Assembly: GCA_965277405.1 (NCBI GenBank)
Contig: OZ255726.1
Span: 1,600,001-1,664,000, forward strand
Reading direction: 5' to 3'
Length of the DNA stretch: 64,000 nt
From: Gammaproteobacteria bacterium
GTDB taxonomy: Bacteria > Pseudomonadota > Gammaproteobacteria > G965277405
Shown: positions 1 through 9,617 of the stretch, one piece after another
How positions within the stretch are numbered: position 1 is the stretch's first letter
Layout of the letters: each line of letters begins with the position of its first letter
The notes under the pieces: model-generated
What the model saw: the letters and a program-made list of their open reading frames with translations, nothing else
What the model was told of the DNA's origin: nothing
The model's database searches: none
Program-made: the position numbers and the translations under genes

Positions 1-167
1 TTTGTGGTATTCTCTGTTTGGTCAAATTTATTTTTGGCTTTTCTAAAGATGCAAGGGAGTTGTAGTCAAGAATAAATCTACCCCCCTGGCGTTTTCAACT
101 TTGAGCAGGGTGCTCAACACCAGATATTGCCTTGCTTAATTCTTTAAATTCAGGTTTGGAGATTAAT

Positions 168-961
168 ATGTTGAAGAAATCTTTATTTGTTGTAGGAATG
201 GTCGCGTCCGTTATTTTTACGACATCAGCAAATGCTGGGTGGGAGCGATACCCTTATCTTTCCAGTACTTATGACCAAAAAATTAATGGGAAACTTGTCG
301 CACGTTGGTTTGGTGTCCCGCAATACGGTCAGCCTACCACTTACACATGCGGCGCGACAACTACTTCAATGCAGATGGCTTGGGAAACTCATAAGAGAAA
401 TAAAACGCTTAAATACAGTCCAACTGGTATACATAGAAAAATTTTTGGCTATCAATACCTCTGGTGGTTCTACTAGTGGCTTGACATCAGACGAATTGAA
501 GGCAGGACAAAAGAAAATAGTTGACCATATTAACCGTACCCAAGGTCTTGGGTTAACAGTTTCTATGGCTGAAAGAAAAGATAGTTCAATAAAAAATGCA
601 GTATCTACACTTGCTACAACGATATGTAGAAATTTTAGTCCTGCTATTCTTTATGGGAATGTAAAATATGCCTCATGGGAATGTAAAATATGCCTCAGCA
701 AGTGGTCATTATCTTTTAGCAACGGGAATGATTTATTGTCCTCAAGGAACATGCTCTAGTGATGTAGTTGGGCTATTCATTAATGACAGTGCTTATAACT
801 CGCCAGCGTATAGTTCTTCTCATCTGGTAAGGCGTCTTGCTGTAAGTCCAAGAAAATACCTAAGTCAAAATGAGTTAGCTTCTTACTGGAAGCCAACAGG
901 AAGTAGACTTCCTTGGTTACGTGGTTATATGTATTTGTATAATGCAAGCCCACGAGTGTAA
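168..961 (+). pseudogene. Secreted papain-like (C39-like) cysteine peptidase, frameshifted into three ORFs
   Basis: Signal peptide MLKKSLFVVG...ANA. Q-x5-CG motif (GQPTTYTCGA) in ORF 132-476; GHY and IND motifs in ORF 668-961. Frameshift in the A/T run at ~436-446, plus a 22-bp tandem duplication at 653-696. Confidence 0.6.
653..696 (+). repeat. 22-bp perfect tandem duplication ATGGGAATGTAAAATATGCCTC x2
   Basis: Read directly; it causes the second frameshift in the peptidase gene. Confidence 0.95.
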
Positions 962-1014
962 GGGTAAATACCATGGGGCTTCTTTGTAGGCTCCATGGTT
1001 ATTGTTTAGTTGCT

Positions 1015-1776
1015 ATGAATAAAAAAACAATCTCAATACTTATAATATTCGTCATTGTTTTGGTTGTTCTGTTTGTATGGTTTGACATAACTAAGCCCAT
1101 TGAGCAGAAAACAAGCACAACAACAGAAATAACTGATAGTCCTGTTGTTGTAGCTCACAATATTGGTAGTGTAAGTTTGCCGATACGAACTTCTCCTTCA
1201 GATGAAGAGACTAGCGATATAAAAGTTATTGCTTCTTCACCTGAAGAAGCTGAAAAATTGGCAAAAGATTTTTATAAAGATATGTTCTCAGTTGTTACAG
1301 AAGAAGATGGTTATATTTTGGACGTGTACTCAGGCGACTCAATAAATGTTAATAACTTTTATTCGGAAACAGAGACGCCATCACAGTTTGTTCCTTTGTT
1401 CTCAAATAATAAAGTTGTTGGTGTGTCAATATTTAGAGAATATACAGCAGACCAGAGAGAATTGGGAAGAATGTCAGAGATAACTGCTGAATGGTATTCT
1501 TATCCTCCGGTGTCTTTTCAAGAAGCAGAGCATAAATTTCTTTCATCAAACCCATCTCTGTATTATAAAATTATATCAGGATATTACTTTATTGAAGATG
1601 GCGAGACGCCATATTATTTATTTAAAAATAATGAAGACTCTGAAAAAAAATGCTTTCTAGTAAGTGCGTATGATAAAAATATCATCACTAAAGATTCTAA
1701 ATTACTTAACGCAGCACATCAGGAAAAATTACCAGTGAAGCTTGATGAAAATGGCTTAATTGCGGTTGATATGTAA
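1015..1776 (+). CDS. Membrane-anchored acidic hypothetical protein, probably truncated by a premature TAA
   Basis: N-terminal TM helix (ISILIIFVIVLVVLFVWF). The frame stays open and protein-like after the TAA at 1774-1776 (IAANLSNEELEKLKSDIELTNK...) until TGA at ~1986. Confidence 0.55.
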   Translation: MNKKTISILIIFVIVLVVLFVWFDITKPIEQKTSTTTEITDSPVVVAHNIGSVSLPIRTSPSDEETSDIKVIASSPEEAEKLAKDFYKDMFSVVTEEDGYILDVYSGDSINVNNFYSETETPSQFVPLFSNNKVVGVSIFREYTADQRELGRMSEITAEWYSYPPVSFQEAEHKFLSSNPSLYYKIISGYYFIEDGETPYYLFKNNEDSEKKCFLVSAYDKNIITKDSKLLNAAHQEKLPVKLDENGLIAVDM

Positions 1777-2094
1777 ATAGCTGCTAATCTTTCAAATGAA
1801 GAGCTAGAAAAACTAAAGTCCGACATTGAATTAACTAATAAATATATTAGAGACGGAACAATGCGGTTTGATGAAAATATGAATATTGTCCATGATGGAC
1901 GTAAAGAGACAACACAAAATATTTTTTGGAGGAAGGGGAAAACCAGAATTATTACAATTATGACACATCTGATGACAATACAATGACTGGGGCAATGGAG
2001 CCAGCAAAGTTAAAATAATGTGAAAGTATGTAGTTCTGTCAATATCCGTAATTTCTGGAACTATATATTTTTTTGATAAAATATATCCAAAAAT

Positions 2095-3118
2095 GGCTCT
2101 ATTTGAATAAATTGTTGAAATATGATATGCTACAAGTATCAATCACATCCACAATGCTCTAAATCATGAAGACCTCTGAATTTAATCAGTTAAAACAAGC
2201 AGTTAATGGGCTTTCTCCAAAGCAAAAGGCTGACTTAGAACAGCATTTAATCAATCCAGAATCGCAACCTCAAGTGCTGAAATTACTTGAACAAGCGGTA
2301 CATGGATGCCCTCATTGCCAACATGACAGTACCTATAAGTGGGGCACGTCAAAAGGACGTCAGCGGTATCGTTGTCGATCATGCTTAAAAACCTATAATG
2401 CACTAACGGGTTCAGAATTGAATGGTCTGCATAAGCCTGAACTCTGGGAACAATACTGCCAAACGATGGTTGATTCAAAATCGCTGCGCATTGCAGCAAA
2501 GGAATGCGGCATCAACCTCACCACGGCATTCACATGGCGTCATAAATTTCTTAAATTGGCTGATTTACTTATGAGCAAGCAGCTTGAAGGCATTGTCGAA
2601 ATGGATGAAACTTGGTTTAAATATTCTGAAAAAGGCAGTCGCTATTTAACCACTGGCAAGCCGCGAAAACGCGGTAATAGCAAAGCATCTACAGTGAAAG
2701 CTGTTATTGGCATCGATCGAAGTGGCAACATTGTCGATCAGGTTGTAGAGCACTTTACGCTGGATCAATTACAGGCAACCTTTGTACCTAAACTCGCCGA
2801 CGATCTGGTTCTCTGTACCGACGGTCATATCAATTATGAGCATCTAGCCAAGCAGAAAAATATCAATCATGTCGTGTTAAATCAACGCCTTGGTGAGCGG
2901 GTCAAAGACAAAGTTTTTCATATTCAAACGGTGAACGCTTACCACATGAGGCTCAAGCAATGGCTAGCCCCTTTTCATGGTGTTGCAACTAAAAATCTTC
3001 ATAAATATTGTGGATGGTTTCGTTGGTTTGAGCTTAATAAACGGGGAGATATATCCCCTGCCAGCTTCATGAGGGATATGCTGTATACAGCATTTCAACA
3101 AACTATCAGAACATAGCC
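2095..3118 (+). mobile_element. IS1595-family insertion sequence
   Basis: Imperfect TIRs GGCTCTATTTGAATAAATTGTTGAAAT / ATTTCAACAAACTATCAGAACATAGCC. Flanking direct repeat TCCAAAAAT at 2086-2094 and 3119-3127. Confidence 0.9.
2166..3116 (+). CDS. IS1595-family DDE transposase
   Basis: Zn ribbon CPHC...RYRCRSC, HTH, and VEMDETWF, LCTDG and HIQTVNAYH motifs; ORF intact. Confidence 0.92.
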   Translation: MKTSEFNQLKQAVNGLSPKQKADLEQHLINPESQPQVLKLLEQAVHGCPHCQHDSTYKWGTSKGRQRYRCRSCLKTYNALTGSELNGLHKPELWEQYCQTMVDSKSLRIAAKECGINLTTAFTWRHKFLKLADLLMSKQLEGIVEMDETWFKYSEKGSRYLTTGKPRKRGNSKASTVKAVIGIDRSGNIVDQVVEHFTLDQLQATFVPKLADDLVLCTDGHINYEHLAKQKNINHVVLNQRLGERVKDKVFHIQTVNAYHMRLKQWLAPFHGVATKNLHKYCGWFRWFELNKRGDISPASFMRDMLYTAFQQTIRT

Positions 3119-3629
3119 TCCAAAAATTGTGTATGAGGAGATAGGTGCTGTTAACAACATTGTTGTATACAAAAAGAGCAAAAAACTAATTTTATTTAAT
3201 AACGATATGCATATTAAAACCTATACTATTTCTTTAGGAAGAGTGCCACTTGGTAAGAAAGAAAAAGAGGGGGATCATAAAACGCCTGAAGGGGCTTACT
3301 ATATAGACTGGAAGCACCCAAATAGCTCATACCATCAAGCACTTCACATCTCGTATCCAAATAAAAATGAAAGAGAGCTAGCAATAAAAAAAGAGACTAA
3401 TCCTGGTGGAGATATTATGCTTCATGGTATGCCAAATTATCTAGGATGGCTTTACCCTTTATTTAAAGGAAAAGATTGGATAAATGGTTGTATAGCAGTA
3501 TCTAACGTAGAAATAGAGGAAATTGTATCAGCAGTAGAAACAGGAACTACAATTACTGTTTATCCCTAGCTATTGTCAAAAATCAGTATTTACATTCTCT
3601 ATCTTGCAACTGTTCACCAGCCTATCTAG

Positions 3630-4685
3630 GGCAACTCACAAAAACCCTACTAATCTGTCATAATGCTCTAACTATTGTTTTTGAGAATTGATATGCAGCA
3701 AATGACGTTTATAGAGTTGGAATACCCACATAAGCAACGCAAAACCCGTAGAGCAATATTTCTTGAGAAATTAGCAGCTGTTATTCCATGAAAGTAGTTA
3801 AATGAAGTTATCGCCAAACACTATACTAAAACTGCGCAAAACAGGCGGTCGACCGCAATATCCACTGTAAAGCATGCTGCGCGTACGCGTCATGCAAGTA
3901 GTGTATAATTTCAGTGATCCTGCGATGGAGGATATATTGTACGAAGTCCAATCAATGCGGCTGTTTGCTCGTTTAACCCTCGACAAAATACCCGACGAGA
4001 CCACCATCTTGAATTTCAGAAGATTGCTGGAACAGTATAACCTTTGTGAAAAAATATTCTTAAAGATAAGTAAACGGCTCACTAACCATGGATTATTACT
4101 CCGCGCAGGCAGTATCGTTGACGCATCAATCATCAATCATCAATGCGACCAACAACAACCTAAGAATTAACAGCAAGCCCGTAATCCAGAAATGCAGCAA
4201 ACGAAGGAAGGGAAAGCAGTGGTATTTTGGCATGAAAGTTCATGTTGGTGTTGATGAAAGTTCTAGAATGATTCATAGCTTTGAAACCACGGCGGGTAAT
4301 GTCAACGATGTGACCATGACTGATAAGCTCTTACATAGGGAGTGGACAGCAGCAGCTTGAGAAATTGAAAGCCAGTGTCCGCGCCAAAGTTGAGCATGTA
4401 TTTTTTTATATGAAGCACATGTTTGGATATAACAAAGTCAGATATCGTGGCTTAGCAAAGAATACCAACCGACTATACATGCTAGCTGGACTTACAAATC
4501 TTGTACGCAGTTACAAGTATTTGCCGCAAACACAGGGTTAGTGCGTCCAAAACATAGGAAATTCAGCAAAAAAGCATGAAAAACAATAAAAAGTGAACAA
4601 AAATAGCTTTTCAGCTTTTGACGTTATCGTTTTTGTGTATTGATGCGTCGAGAAAAATAATAGTAATTAGTTAATTAGAGTTTCC
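3630..4685 (+). mobile_element. Degenerate IS5-family (IS5 group) element with transposase pseudogene
   Basis: Fragments MQQMTF...RKTR...FLE, GGRPQYPL*SMLR, DKIPDETTILNFRRLLE, KGKQWYFGMKVHVGVD and ASVRAKVEH, with stops and frameshifts. Ends CTAG|GGCAACTCAC... and ...TTAATTAGAGTTTCC|TTAA. Confidence 0.85.
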
Positions 4686-4885
4686 TTAACTTTGAATGCA
4701 AAACCATGCAACAATCAGTCAAATCGGCGGTACTCTGCCAACTTCAGACAGGTTGTGTCTATGTTCAGATTTGAAAAACTCAAAAATCGGAAGTGTCACT
4801 TAAAAATATCTATATTTTATGTTTTTATTGACATGTAAGATATAAAATTATAACTTGTCATCTAATTACATTAAAAACATAATTC

Positions 4886-5767
4886 ATGGAAGCAAAACCT
4901 TTTTTAAAATGGGCAGGAGGTAAAACTCAATTAATTAAGCAAATTAAAGTACAACTACCTGAAAACATAGAATTAGAAAATTTCACGTTTATAGAGCCTT
5001 TTGTAGGAAGTGGTGCTGTATTATTTTGGATGTTTAGTTATTTTCCAAATTTAGAAAGAGCTGTTATTAACGATATTAATGCTGACCTAATAAACTCATA
5101 CTTAACAATCAAAAATAATGTACAAGAATTAATAAATACCCTTGCTACTTGGGAAACTGAATACCATAATCTCGTAGATGATCAAGACGCAAAAAAAAAA
5201 TATTATTACGAAAAAAGAGCTCTTTTTAACACTCGTAATTCTGAGCAAACCACACAAAGTGCTTTATTTATTTTATTAAATAGAACTTGTTTTAATGGAC
5301 TTTATAGGGTTAACCTTAAAAATAAATTTAACGTGCCAATGGGGGCTTATAAAAAGCCTCAAATATGTAATACAGAAAACTTATTAGCAGTTTCTAAAAT
5401 TTTGCAAAAGGTTGATATTTTAAACGGGGATTTTTCTGAAACACTTCCGTATGCAACTAAAAATACATTTTTCTACTTCGACCCACCATATAAACCATTA
5501 AGTGAAACTTCAAGTTTTAATTCTTATGCAAAGGACAAATTTAATGATGCCGAACAAATAAGATTAAAAGAATTTTGCGATGTATTAAACGAACAAAATC
5601 ATCAATGGATTTTAAGCAACTCTGATGTAAAAGGAAAAGATCCAAATAATAATTTCTTTGATGACTTATTTGCAAATTTTAATATTATTAGAGTAAATGC
5701 TCGTAGAAGTATAAATGCAAACCCAAATAAAAGAGGTCGATTAACTGAGTTGTTAATTAGAAATTAA
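4886..5767 (+). CDS. Dam/DpnM-like alpha-class N6-adenine DNA methyltransferase (GATC)
   Basis: KPFLKWAGGK, EPFVGSG, CFNGLYRVN and YFDPPY motifs. Confidence 0.93.
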   Translation: MEAKPFLKWAGGKTQLIKQIKVQLPENIELENFTFIEPFVGSGAVLFWMFSYFPNLERAVINDINADLINSYLTIKNNVQELINTLATWETEYHNLVDDQDAKKKYYYEKRALFNTRNSEQTTQSALFILLNRTCFNGLYRVNLKNKFNVPMGAYKKPQICNTENLLAVSKILQKVDILNGDFSETLPYATKNTFFYFDPPYKPLSETSSFNSYAKDKFNDAEQIRLKEFCDVLNEQNHQWILSNSDVKGKDPNNNFFDDLFANFNIIRVNARRSINANPNKRGRLTELLIRN

Positions 5768-5770
5768 TCT

Positions 5771-6703
5771 ATGAAAAAAATTACTCAAATATTAAATCTC
5801 AATTCAGACAATGAGTTTTTTGATTATTTCAAGGACAATTTAAATTTAAAAGGAATTACTCAATGGAGCTATTTTGTGAATTGGGAAAAGGTATATAAAA
5901 ATGTTGTTCCTTTTGAAAAAGAACTAAACCTCTTAAATATACTTATAGGTAAAGAAAACATACAACAAGAATTAAGCAATTTAATTTTAGAATATCCTAA
6001 AGTAGTAAACGCTATTCCTTTACTTTTAGCAATTCGGTTTAAAAACAAAAAAGAACAAAAAATCAACATCTTAATCAATACTGTTTCTTATCAATACGAC
6101 AATTTTGATCTCTCTGTTGAAACACCCGATCAACAAGAAGCAGAAAACATTGCTACGTTATTTGTAAATACAGGTTTAGGTGAACTTGTTAGAGATAAAA
6201 AAATTAAAAACTTAGTAGATTTTGCAACAGGAGTAGAAGTTGGTTTAGATAGCAATGGTAGAAAGAACAGAGGTGGGCATCAAATGGAAAATTTGATTGA
6301 AGGTTATATTCAAAATGTTTGTAAAGAACAGAATTTACCATATTTAAAAGAAGCAAATGCTAAAGCAATTAAAGAAAATTGGAATATAGATTTAGAAATA
6401 GATAAATCTTCACGTAGAATTGATTATGTAATCAACAAAAATGGAAAACTTTACTTTTTTGAAGTGAATTTTTACAATGGAGGCGGATCAAAACTCAAAT
6501 CTACTGCTGCGGAATATGTTAAAATGAATGATTACTGGAATAAACAAAATATTGAATTTATATGGATTACAGATGGTGCTGGATGGCTAAAAACGTTATT
6601 ACCATTAAGAGAATATTTTGATAAAGCAGAGTATTTATTGAATTTAGAAATGTTAAAAAATGGTATTTTAAAAAAAATATTACTTATTGGTCTGAAGACT
6701 TAA
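5771..6703 (+). CDS. DpnII/MboI-family type II restriction endonuclease
   Basis: YFVNWEKV, GVEVGLDSNGRKNRGG..ME, EVNFYNGGGSKLK and FIWITDGAGW; lies between two MTases. Confidence 0.9.
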   Translation: MKKITQILNLNSDNEFFDYFKDNLNLKGITQWSYFVNWEKVYKNVVPFEKELNLLNILIGKENIQQELSNLILEYPKVVNAIPLLLAIRFKNKKEQKINILINTVSYQYDNFDLSVETPDQQEAENIATLFVNTGLGELVRDKKIKNLVDFATGVEVGLDSNGRKNRGGHQMENLIEGYIQNVCKEQNLPYLKEANAKAIKENWNIDLEIDKSSRRIDYVINKNGKLYFFEVNFYNGGGSKLKSTAAEYVKMNDYWNKQNIEFIWITDGAGWLKTLLPLREYFDKAEYLLNLEMLKNGILKKILLIGLKT

Positions 6704-6730
6704 ATTTTTTAATGCAGTAAAAAGTATTTA

Positions 6731-7594
6731 ATGATAAAACCCTATTTCAAATCAAAAGACAAAAAATTCTATCTTCTAAAAGGAAATACAATAGATTTAT
6801 TGCCAAAAATAAACCATAGGTTTGATATGGTTTTTGCAGATCCCCCATATTTTTTATCTAATGATGGATTATCAATACAAAACGGTCAAATAGTTTCTGT
6901 AAATAAAGGAAAATGGGACAAATTTAAAGATTATAATTCTGTGAATGATTTTAACCGAAAATGGTTAAAAGAAGTAAGAAAAAAAATGAAAGAGGATGCC
7001 ACTATTTGGGTCAGTGGCACTATGCATAACATCTTTAGTATTGGTCAAATTTTAACAGAATTAGATTTTAAGATTTTAAATATTATTACTTGGCAAAAAA
7101 CGAACCCACCACCAAATTTTTCGTGTCGCTACTTTACCTACTCTACCGAACAAATAATTTGGGCAAGAAAATCTAAAAAAGTTTCTCATTACTACAATTA
7201 TGAGTTAATGAAACAATTAAATGGAAATAAACAAATGAAAGATGTTTGGCAATTACCTGCAATTGCAAAATGGGAAAAATCATGTAAAAAACATCCAACA
7301 CAGAAACCACTGTCTGTACTTACAAGAATAATAATGGCTTCTACCAAACCCAATGCTTGGGTTTTAGATCCATTTGCAGGAAGTAGCACAACTGGAATTT
7401 CAGCTAATTTAGCATATAGAAGGTATTTAGGAATAGATCAAGAAACAGAGTTTTTAGAAATAAGTAAAAACAGAAAATTAGAAATACAAAACGAACAAAC
7501 TGCTGAAGCATATAGAAAAAAAATAGGCGGTTTTAATACTGAAAAAGAGTTTGTGAATTACTTGAAATCTGAACCTAACCAGGCCCATCTATAA
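6731..7594 (+). CDS. DpnA/MboC-like beta-class DNA methyltransferase
   Basis: FADPPYFLS, SVNKGKWD, KHPTQKP and VLDPFAGSSTTG motifs. Confidence 0.92.
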   Translation: MIKPYFKSKDKKFYLLKGNTIDLLPKINHRFDMVFADPPYFLSNDGLSIQNGQIVSVNKGKWDKFKDYNSVNDFNRKWLKEVRKKMKEDATIWVSGTMHNIFSIGQILTELDFKILNIITWQKTNPPPNFSCRYFTYSTEQIIWARKSKKVSHYYNYELMKQLNGNKQMKDVWQLPAIAKWEKSCKKHPTQKPLSVLTRIIMASTKPNAWVLDPFAGSSTTGISANLAYRRYLGIDQETEFLEISKNRKLEIQNEQTAEAYRKKIGGFNTEKEFVNYLKSEPNQAHL

Positions 7595-7661
7595 ATTACC
7601 CTCAACGGTTTTTGTTATGGTTTTGAGTATTCACAGTACTAGATAAGGCTGGAGGCGAAGC

Positions 7662-7910
7662 ATGACACAAATGATTTTATTGATGTTACTTATTGATACG
7701 CGAGTTTTGATGCAAAGAAATACCCACTTGTTGAAACTGGCGCTGTCACAGTGGGATGCGTTGCGGACTGTGCTTGAGCAAGTCTGGCGTAATCAGGATA
7801 AGCAACGCAAATCGCGTGCTGAGCGCCACAAGACGATGGTCCACGGTATTGATGTTTAAGATGCTTGTTGCGCTCTACAACCTTGTAGATGATCAGCTCA
7901 AGTATCAGCG
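7662..7910 (+). pseudogene. 5' fragment of an IS5-family transposase
   Basis: Frameshifted pieces MTQM..., WDALRTVLEQVWR...RKSRA and VLMFKMLVALYNLVDDQLKYQ; cut off at the start of the ~210-bp repeat. Confidence 0.7.
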
Positions 7911-8120
7911 TCTGAATTCCTTATTTGGAGTATTTAGCTTTTATGATTGCAATAATGTAATAACATTACATTATTGTAGAGTCCAACCAAAAATTAAGTT
8001 TAGTGAAATAATATATCGGCGTCATCGGTGCTATGCAGGTGATTGTTCAGATATAACTGCTTGTTATTGAGTTTTTTTACCAGCGCCAAATAAGGCCAAC
8101 CGCCAGCGCAAATGGCCGCT
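7910..8120. repeat. ~210-bp direct repeat, copy 1 (duplicated promoter region)
   Basis: Near-identical to 8499-8707 (GTCTGAATTCCTTAT...CAGCGCAAATGGCCGCT). Confidence 0.95.
7952..7969. promoter_or_regulatory. Zur-like box (ATAATGTAATAACATTAC) in repeat copy 1
   Basis: Near-palindrome resembling the proteobacterial 18-bp Zur motif GTAATGTWATAACATTAC. Confidence 0.5.
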
Positions 8121-8496
8121 ATAAGGTGATGACAAAGTCGGGAATATTGCTGGAAAGGGCCGCATAAAGCTGGGGAAAACACCCCGCCTGCACACCATCG
8201 ACAGTATCTTTTGGTGTGACCTCGCCGCTTCCGCATTGTTCTAAGGTGCCATAGGCCATGTTGCGCCGAACGGCGCACTGGTCGCAGATCATGAGCAGGA
8301 TGTTTTGCTCCAGGGCAATTGCGGCGAGCCGTTCACCGATCGGATCACCCTGCCGTAGACAGAACATATTGTCGTCGAAGAAGAACATGCCAGCAATGGC
8401 CGCCCGGTGATTGCCCGCTTCGAGTTGCGGCAGGATCATTGTCCCTAGCTTGAATGTTGAGGCCATGTCGGTGGCGAAAATATATGCGATCTTCAT
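8119..8496 (-). CDS. DsrE-family sulfur-relay protein, SaoD-like
   Basis: MKIAYIF..., MILPQLE.G.H, GMFFFDDN, LLMICDQCA and AGCFPQLY. RBS AAGGA upstream. Confidence 0.75.
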   Translation of the reverse strand: MKIAYIFATDMASTFKLGTMILPQLEAGNHRAAIAGMFFFDDNMFCLRQGDPIGERLAAIALEQNILLMICDQCAVRRNMAYGTLEQCGSGEVTPKDTVDGVQAGCFPQLYAALSSNIPDFVITL

Positions 8497-8498
8497 TG

Positions 8499-8707
8499 TC
8501 TGAATTCCTTATCTGGTGTATTTGGCTTTTATGATTACAGTAATGTTATAACATTACATTATTGTAGAGTCAACCAAAAATTAAGTTTAGTGAAATAATA
8601 TATCGGCGTCATCGGTGCTATGCAGATGATTGTTCAGATATAACTACTTGTTATTGAGTTTTTTTACCAGCGCCAAATAAGGCCAACCACCAGCGCAAAT
8701 GGCCGCT
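8499..8707. repeat. ~210-bp direct repeat, copy 2 (upstream region of the saoD-like gene)
   Basis: Near-identical to 7910-8120. Confidence 0.95.
8540..8557. promoter_or_regulatory. Perfect 18-bp palindrome GTAATGTTATAACATTAC, probable Zur operator
   Basis: Perfect palindrome 44 bp upstream of the saoD-like start codon; fits the known proteobacterial Zur motif type. Confidence 0.65.
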
Positions 8708-8879
8708 GCGCGAGATATCGAACACTATCCTATATATTGGCAGCACCGGCTGTCAATACCGACGCATCGCCAAGACACAGGAATCAATAATCGCTTTTTT
8801 ACAGGCTCGGCTTGGTATCGCATCCATCGACCAACAGCTAGATTTGCCGCAAAATTGAAATTAGCTGATGTCTGAACAA

Positions 8880-8904
8880 CCTCCGTAGCATTTACACTTA
8901 GGGA
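8880..8904 (+). repeat. 25-bp direct repeat CCTCCGTAGCATTTACACTTAGGGA (partner at 11209-11233)
   Basis: Exact match read at both positions. Confidence 0.9.
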
Positions 8905-9185
8905 AGCTCTGATTAAGTCGCTGATGGAGCGAGTTCGCTAGAAAATTATGATGATTGCACGGAGCGGCTTGCGTCTGTATGCCGTAGCAATACGGCAAAA
9001 ACCGCAACACAGCAAGTACCGCTTGTAGGCAAACCATCATATATTCAATAGAAGGACGGGAAAAAACGCTGCGCTAACGTCGTTGCAGCACTTGATAATA
9101 CCACCAGTGTTATCTGCGCACTGCGTCTAGTTATCATCAGCGTTTTTTCTCCGTCTCGCCCATCATGGACTTAATCAGAGCTTCC
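8902..9185 (+). mobile_element. MITE copy (IS5-type TIRs); the + orientation is defined by this copy
   Basis: TTAG|GGAAGCTCTGATTAAGTC...GACTTAATCAGAGCTTCC|TTAG; no transposase. Confidence 0.9.
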
Positions 9186-9213
9186 TTAGCGTTGTATACT
9201 TTACCTTCCCAAT

Positions 9214-9617
9214 TCAATAAACGATATTTTTTTTCTTTACGCTGTAGGGGATACAGCGCGGATGTGGCTGGTTTAAGAAAACCAATGGCAATGTGCGAAC
9301 ATTGGCTGCGCTAGTAAGCAGCAGGGCATACAAGTATTCGTTCCAGTTTCCAAGAAACATCATAATACCTGCAGTGAGGAGCCCTGATTTTACCAAGGCA
9401 GATTAATTTTGTTAAAAACCTCCCAGAAACTGGCTCCCTCGATATAAGCGGTTTCGCTCAAAAAATGCGGAATGAACATGAAGGTTGTCCTCAAAATAAA
9501 AATTGAAATGACCATACCAAATGAAAGACACACAAAGATCAGCTCAACTCTGGTATCGAAGAGACCCAAGACGTTGATCAAGGAAAATATGGGTTGGGCC
9601 TTGGGATGCACAGTCAC
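9214..9617 (-). pseudogene. Carbohydrate ABC permease (MalG-like) internal fragment, frameshifted
   Basis: LGLFDT, IP..LSETAYIEGAS (EAA loop), WNEYLYALLL and RTLPL, split over two frames. Confidence 0.75.

Larger units (their letters stand above)
2018..3569 (+). pseudogene. L,D-transpeptidase (YkuD/YafK-like) interrupted by IS1595
   Basis: ORF 3129-3569 has GDHKTPEG, LHISYPN, GGDIMLHG and WINGCIAV. Its hydrophobic N-terminus (KYVVLSISVISGTIYFF, 2018-2094) lies in frame on the other side of the IS. Codon 2 is TGA. Confidence 0.8.

Noticed and set aside
2018-2023. In-frame TGA as evidence for a recoded genetic code
   Set aside because: Many intact genes here end in TGA and conserved Trp positions use TGG, so a nonsense mutation is simpler.
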